Assembly (NCBI GenBank): GCA_963816355.1
Contig: CAWFKH010000006.1
Coordinates: forward strand, 384,001-448,000
DNA from: an uncultured Gemmatimonadales bacterium
Lineage (GTDB): Bacteria > Gemmatimonadota > Gemmatimonadetes > Longimicrobiales > RSA9
DNA: 64,000 bases
Direction: 5' to 3'
The translations under genes and the position numbers were made by a program. Shown in pieces: positions 59,287-64,000 of this stretch. Every line of letters starts with the position of its first letter. Positions within the stretch are counted from its first letter, which is position 1. The notes beneath the pieces are model-generated. The model was given only the letters and a program-made list of their open reading frames with translations. It was not told the DNA's origin and did not search any database.

Positions 59287-59742
59287 CTATCGGTCTCCGA
59301 CCGCGGAGCGCTCGCGCGCGATCTCGCGTAGCGAGTCCGCGATCGCGTTGTGGCCGCGCGTGAGATCGGAGCAGCCGGCCCAGTGCGACTGCAGCGCGTC
59401 GGCGCGCCGCCGCCACTCCGGGATCGCCTCGTTGTAATCCTGGACGGCGCCGAGGTAGGCCGGGTACTCGGACGCCGCCACCTTCCCCGGCTGGCGCTCG
59501 TAGGCGGCCGCCGCGCCGCGCAGCGAGTCGACGCGCCGGTCGAACATCGCGAAAGCGTCGCGCTCGACGTCGAGCGCGGCGCGGCATGAGTCGATGGCGG
59601 CGCGCGCCTCGCGCAGTCGGCCGAGCAGCGCGTCCTTGCGCCCGTGCTCGCTCATCCGCCCCGCCACCGTCCAGACGCCCGCGATCATGACGACCGCGGC
59701 CACGGCGAGGACGAAGCGCGGCAGCGTCGTACGTCCCGGCAT
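59287..59742 (-). CDS. Hypothetical TM-anchored coiled-coil protein
   Basis: SD AAGGAG, N-terminal TM, helical body with two Cys. Confidence 0.65.
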   Translation of the reverse strand: MPGRTTLPRFVLAVAAVVMIAGVWTVAGRMSEHGRKDALLGRLREARAAIDSCRAALDVERDAFAMFDRRVDSLRGAAAAYERQPGKVAASEYPAYLGAVQDYNEAIPEWRRRADALQSHWAGCSDLTRGHNAIADSLREIARERSAVGDR

Positions 59743-59966
59743 CCGGCTCCTTCCGTGCGATGAGACGCGGATCGGCCGCGGGCACGACGCAATGTGAGGC
59801 GTCGTCCGGTGCGCGGCCAGGGAGGGGGCGGGCAGGGCGTTCTGGACCCGGGGCGCCGAGCGTCGCATCCTTCATGCGACCCGCCGCGCTCCCCGAACCT
59901 TCGAGGCCGATGGCCTTTCGGTCGCCCGCAACTTCGGTCGCCGCCGGCGCCGCCTTGCGCGAGGCC

Positions 59967-61571
59967 ATGGGAGCGGCGGGGCCGACATCGCCGGAAGAGC
60001 GGCCCCCGCTCGCGGCGGCGGTGCTCGGAATCGCGGCGGCGGTTCTGCTCGCCCACGTCGTCGTCGCCGCGATCACCCCCTACGGCGTCCACCGCGACGA
60101 GCTCCTCTACCTCGCGATGGGGCGGCACCTGCGGCCGTGGCGGATGGACTTCCCGCCGTTGATCGCGATCATCGCCCAGGTCGAGAGGGGCCTCTTCGGT
60201 GATTCGCTGCCCTCCCTCCGCCTCGCCCCCGCCGTCGCCGCCGCCGCGATCGTTCTCTTCGCCGGGATGATCGCGCGCGAGATTGGCGGTGGCCGCTGGG
60301 CGCAGACGCTCGCCTCCCTCCTCGTCGCGCTGAACCCGCTCTTCATGCGCGCCGGCAGCCTCTTTCAGCCGGTCGTCTTCGATCAGCTCTGGTGGACGCT
60401 CGGTCTGCTCGCGCTCGCGCGCCTCGGACTCCGCGGCGTCGGCCCCGCCGCGCCGAGCCAGGAGGGCGCGCGCGACTGGCTGCTCCTGGGCGTCGCCGCC
60501 GGCCTGGGCCTGCTCACCAAGTTCAGCATCGCCTTCTTCGCCGCCGCGGTGCTCCTCGCGCTGGTGCTGTCGCCGAAGCGCGGCGCGCTGCTCACCCGCT
60601 GGCCGTGGTCCGCCGCGGCCGTCGCGCTGGCGATCGGCCTGCCGAGCGTGGTCGGCCAGATCCGGCTCGGCTTTCCCGTCATCGGGCAGCTGCACGACCT
60701 GCAGGCGGCGCAGCTCTCGCGCGTGGGATACGGCGACTTCCTCCTGGGTCAGCTCCTCTTCGCCGGACCCCTCGTGCTCGTCGCGGTCGCCGGGCTCCTC
60801 GACCTCCTCCTGCCGTCGCGCCTCCGGCCGTGGCGCGCGCTCGGTTGGACCTGCCTGATCGCGGTCCTGCTGCTCATGCTGCTCCACGGCAAGCCGTACT
60901 ACGCGGGGCCCGTCTATCCGACGCTCTTCGCCGCCGGCGCCGTCGCCATCGAGCGCTCCACCGCGCGCATCGCGGGCGCAGGCCACCGCGGACGCTCCCG
61001 CGCGGCGCGCTGGGCCGTCCTCGCGCTCGGGTTCGCTTTCGGCGCCGTCGCGCTCCCGCTCGGCCTCCCGATCCTCCCGCCCGCCGCGATGGCGCGCTAC
61101 GCGGCTTCGCTCCGGCTCGCGGGAGCGGTCACGACCAACCGCGGCGTCGTGCTCGCCCTTCCGCAGGACTACGCCGACATGCTCGGCTGGCCGGAGCTGG
61201 CGGACGCCGTTGCCGCCGTGTGGCGCTCCCTGCCGGCCGCCGACCGCGCCGGCGCCGTCCTGATCGCCGGCAACTACGGCGAGGCGGGCGCGCTCGACTT
61301 CTACGGCCCGCGGCTCGGGTTGCCGCCCGCGATTGCGCCGGTGGGCAGCTACTGGTTCTTCGGACCGGGGTCGAAGCCGGGCGAGGTGGCGGTAGTGGTG
61401 GGTGGCGAGGAGGCGGAGCTGCGGCGCTACTTCGGCGACGTGTCCCTCGCGAGCCGACTGCGCGGCCGGCAATGGGTCGTCCCCGAGGAGCGCGACGTGC
61501 CGATCTGGATCGCGCGCCGCCCGCTCCGTCCGATCCAGCGGGCGTGGCCGGAGCTGCGCGGCCGCAACTGA
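59967..61571 (+). CDS. Glycosyltransferase family 39 (ArnT/PMT-like) membrane protein
   Basis: YGVHRDELLYL, DFPPL, GLLTKF, KPYY, NYGEAGA. Start uncertain. Confidence 0.85.
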   Translation: MGAAGPTSPEERPPLAAAVLGIAAAVLLAHVVVAAITPYGVHRDELLYLAMGRHLRPWRMDFPPLIAIIAQVERGLFGDSLPSLRLAPAVAAAAIVLFAGMIAREIGGGRWAQTLASLLVALNPLFMRAGSLFQPVVFDQLWWTLGLLALARLGLRGVGPAAPSQEGARDWLLLGVAAGLGLLTKFSIAFFAAAVLLALVLSPKRGALLTRWPWSAAAVALAIGLPSVVGQIRLGFPVIGQLHDLQAAQLSRVGYGDFLLGQLLFAGPLVLVAVAGLLDLLLPSRLRPWRALGWTCLIAVLLLMLLHGKPYYAGPVYPTLFAAGAVAIERSTARIAGAGHRGRSRAARWAVLALGFAFGAVALPLGLPILPPAAMARYAASLRLAGAVTTNRGVVLALPQDYADMLGWPELADAVAAVWRSLPAADRAGAVLIAGNYGEAGALDFYGPRLGLPPAIAPVGSYWFFGPGSKPGEVAVVVGGEEAELRRYFGDVSLASRLRGRQWVVPEERDVPIWIARRPLRPIQRAWPELRGRN

Positions 61572-61627
61572 GCGAACGGGGCGGCGCGGCCGGAGCCGAA
61601 CGGATCAGGGCGGGGCGAGGCGGCCGC

Positions 61628-64000
61628 TCATCGGGACGGCACCGTCAGGGGCGGCCGTCCCGCCGCCTTCCGCTGCGCGTTCAACGCGTCAAGGCCGGTG
61701 GTCGAGAGCGTCTCCCAGCGCGCCATGACGTCGCGTGCTGCGTCGCGCGCCGCGTTGCACGCCGCCACCTCGGCGGCGGTGGGGGCGACGTCGGCGTCCT
61801 GCATCGACATCGCCGCCGCCAGTTGCGCGGCGCTCGCGGACTCCAGCGTGGGCGGTCCCGTGGGCGCGGCGCGGAAGCGGCCGAAGCGGCGCTCCGCCGG
61901 GCGCGGCGCGGGCGCGAGCGCTTCGAGCCGTGCGCGGAACGCGGCGTCCGCGCGGTTCGTCGTGTCGAGGCGGGCGACGAGCGCGCGCGCCTGGCGGTAG
62001 GCCGCGTCGGCGGCGACGGCGCCGTCGTACATCTCGCGGGTGAGCGAGGCGAGGCGATCGAGGTCCGCGGCGGGGGTGCGGACGCGCGGGTCGAGGCGCA
62101 GCGTGAGCGGCTGCGTGAAGCGCTCGCCGGCGACGGTGAGGCGCAGCGTGTAGTCGCCCGGCGGCGCCCACGGCGCGTCCGTCGAGGGGTAGGTGTGGTG
62201 CGGCACGGCGCCGGTCGCGCCGCCCTCGCCGTGAGCCTCCCGCGGCCCGATCGGGTCGAAGCGTAGGTCCCACGAGAAGCGGTGCACCCCTGCGACGGTC
62301 GAGAGCCGAGCCTGCGGCGCCGCCCAGTAGAGCGGCACCGAGCAGTCGGTCGCGCGGGGATCGCGGCGGCAGATGCGGTCGTACGCCTCCGGGTCGAGGG
62401 CCGGATCCGGGACGAGCACCGGGTCCGCGCTCGAATAGGAGCGCACCACCCGGCCGGCGGCGTCGAGCACCTCGAGCGTGACCGGCCCGCGCGCCGCCGC
62501 GGGCAGGTAGTAGTCGAGGATGGCGCCCGGCGGCGGGTTCTCGCCCGCCGGCACCTCCGGCGGCCACGGCGTCGGGTCGTTGGTGCCGAAGCGCACGCGC
62601 AGCGCGGTCTCGGGGCGGAACAGGTACGCGGTGCGCGCCGCGCGCGCCTCCTCGATCTGCCGCAGCGGCGTGATGTCGTCGAGGATCCAGAAGCCGCGTC
62701 CGTGCGTGCCGGCGACGAGGTCCGAGCAGAAGCAGGTCGTGTCGTCCTTCACCTGAAGGTCGCGCACCGAAACCGCCGGCATGTCGAGCCGCAGCGACTG
62801 CCAGTGGTCGCCGTCGTCGAAGGAGACCCACACCTGCGTCTCCGTCGAGGCGAAGAGCAGGCCTCGCTTCTCCGGGTCCTCGCGGATCGCGTTGGCCGCG
62901 GCGCCGGGCGCGATGCCCGTGTCGATCTCCGTCCACGTGCGGCCGCCGTCGTGCGTGCGCCAGAAGTGCGGCCTCATGTCGTCGATCCGCATCGTGTTGG
63001 CCGCGGCGTACGCGGTGAGCGTGTCGAAGTGGCCCGCCTCGACGTTGAAGATGCGCGTCCACGGCGCGATCCCCGGCGGCGTCACGTTCGCCCAGTGCGC
63101 GCCGCCGTCCATCGTCTTCTGGATGTTGCCGTCGTCGGTGCCCGCCCAGATCACGCCGACGTCGAGCGGCGAGGGGGAGAGCGCGGTGATCGTGCCTTCC
63201 GGCGCCGGCTTCACGTCCTTCGCGTACTTGCCGACGCTCGCAGGCACGCGCCACGTCGGCCGCGCCAGGTCGGGGCTGACGCGGCTCCAGCTGTGGCCGC
63301 GGTCGGTCGTCTTCCACACCGCGTTGGACGCGTAGAAGAGCACGTCCGCGTCGACCGGCGACCAGTGCAGCGGCATCGTCCGCACGTCGCGGTTGTACGG
63401 CCCGCCGCGCGGCCCCATCTCCGGGCCGACGTACGACGTCTGGGCCGTGCGCCGGTCGTAGCGGGAAACGTTGTTGCGCATGCCGCCGAAGACGACGTCC
63501 GGATCGCGCGGGTCCGGAGCCGCGATGCCGTACTCCTGGATGTTGACCGGGTGCCAGTCGTGGAACGTGATCTCGCCGTCCATCGAACGGCTGTCGACGC
63601 ACGCGGAGCCGGAATCCTGCTGGCCGCCGCAGACGCGGTAGGGGAAGGCGTCGTCGGTCGTGACGTGATAGACGGCGGCGGTCGGCTGCGTGTACCAGTT
63701 GCTCCACGACGCGCCGCGGTTCGCCGAGACGACGGCGCCCTGGTCCGCGACCGCGAACAGGATGTCGGTGTCGTTCGGGTTGATCCACACGCGCTGGTAG
63801 TCGTCGCCGCCCGGCGCGCCGCGCACCGCCGACCACGTGTGGCCGCCGTCCTCCGAGCGCCACAGGACCACCGTCGCCGCGTAGACGACGTCCGCCCTCT
63901 TCGGGTCCACCGTCACCGTGGGCAGGTCGCCGCCGCCGATGCGCGCGAGCGGGCGCGGGTCCACGTGAGAGGTCGGGCCTCCGGTCGGACCCGCCGGCAC
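61628..64000 (-). CDS. VPS10/BNR-repeat beta-propeller (glycosyl hydrolase-like), 5'-truncated by the window
   Basis: S.DGG.TW repeats, GGQQDSG, GTHGRGFW, GENPP.GA. Confidence 0.88.
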   Translation of the reverse strand: MPAGPTGGPTSHVDPRPLARIGGGDLPTVTVDPKRADVVYAATVVLWRSEDGGHTWSAVRGAPGGDDYQRVWINPNDTDILFAVADQGAVVSANRGASWSNWYTQPTAAVYHVTTDDAFPYRVCGGQQDSGSACVDSRSMDGEITFHDWHPVNIQEYGIAAPDPRDPDVVFGGMRNNVSRYDRRTAQTSYVGPEMGPRGGPYNRDVRTMPLHWSPVDADVLFYASNAVWKTTDRGHSWSRVSPDLARPTWRVPASVGKYAKDVKPAPEGTITALSPSPLDVGVIWAGTDDGNIQKTMDGGAHWANVTPPGIAPWTRIFNVEAGHFDTLTAYAAANTMRIDDMRPHFWRTHDGGRTWTEIDTGIAPGAAANAIREDPEKRGLLFASTETQVWVSFDDGDHWQSLRLDMPAVSVRDLQVKDDTTCFCSDLVAGTHGRGFWILDDITPLRQIEEARAARTAYLFRPETALRVRFGTNDPTPWPPEVPAGENPPPGAILDYYLPAAARGPVTLEVLDAAGRVVRSYSSADPVLVPDPALDPEAYDRICRRDPRATDCSVPLYWAAPQARLSTVAGVHRFSWDLRFDPIGPREAHGEGGATGAVPHHTYPSTDAPWAPPGDYTLRLTVAGERFTQPLTLRLDPRVRTPAADLDRLASLTREMYDGAVAADAAYRQARALVARLDTTNRADAAFRARLEALAPAPRPAERRFGRFRAAPTGPPTLESASAAQLAAAMSMQDADVAPTAAEVAACNAARDAARDVMARWETLSTTGLDALNAQRKAAGRPPLTVPSR

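Overview
High-GC bacterial chromosomal window. The gene repertoire (ADOP-type permease, VPS10/BNR proteins, BlaI + M56-TonB, DUF4015) suggests Gemmatimonadota or Acidobacteriota; this is inference only. Left to right: a Wzy-dependent exopolysaccharide cluster (wza, kinase-less wzc, priming GT, wzx, wzy, five GT4s, the last frameshifted); a cupredoxin operon ending in a zf-HC2 anti-sigma factor; a convergent lipoprotein-TPR-ECF sigma operon and an ADOP permease, both with sigma-54 (-24/-12) promoters, flanking a sigma-54 activator that has TGT-N11-ACA palindromes nearby; a 21-gene tRNA array under one sigma-70 promoter; a DedA-PAP2 fusion; leuS; BlaI/M56-TonB; an orphan adenine methylase; waaA-moeB; MutS-like, EAL and receiver genes; a degenerate hisH-hisF pair with hisN; and assorted metabolic and envelope genes. 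No CRISPR array, rRNA, integrase or transposase was recognised. The main leads are the sigma-54 to ECF cascade beside a beta-barrel/cupredoxin module, the apparently catalytically dead HisH/HisF pair, and the tRNA array. All product calls come from reading motifs by eye, without database searches.
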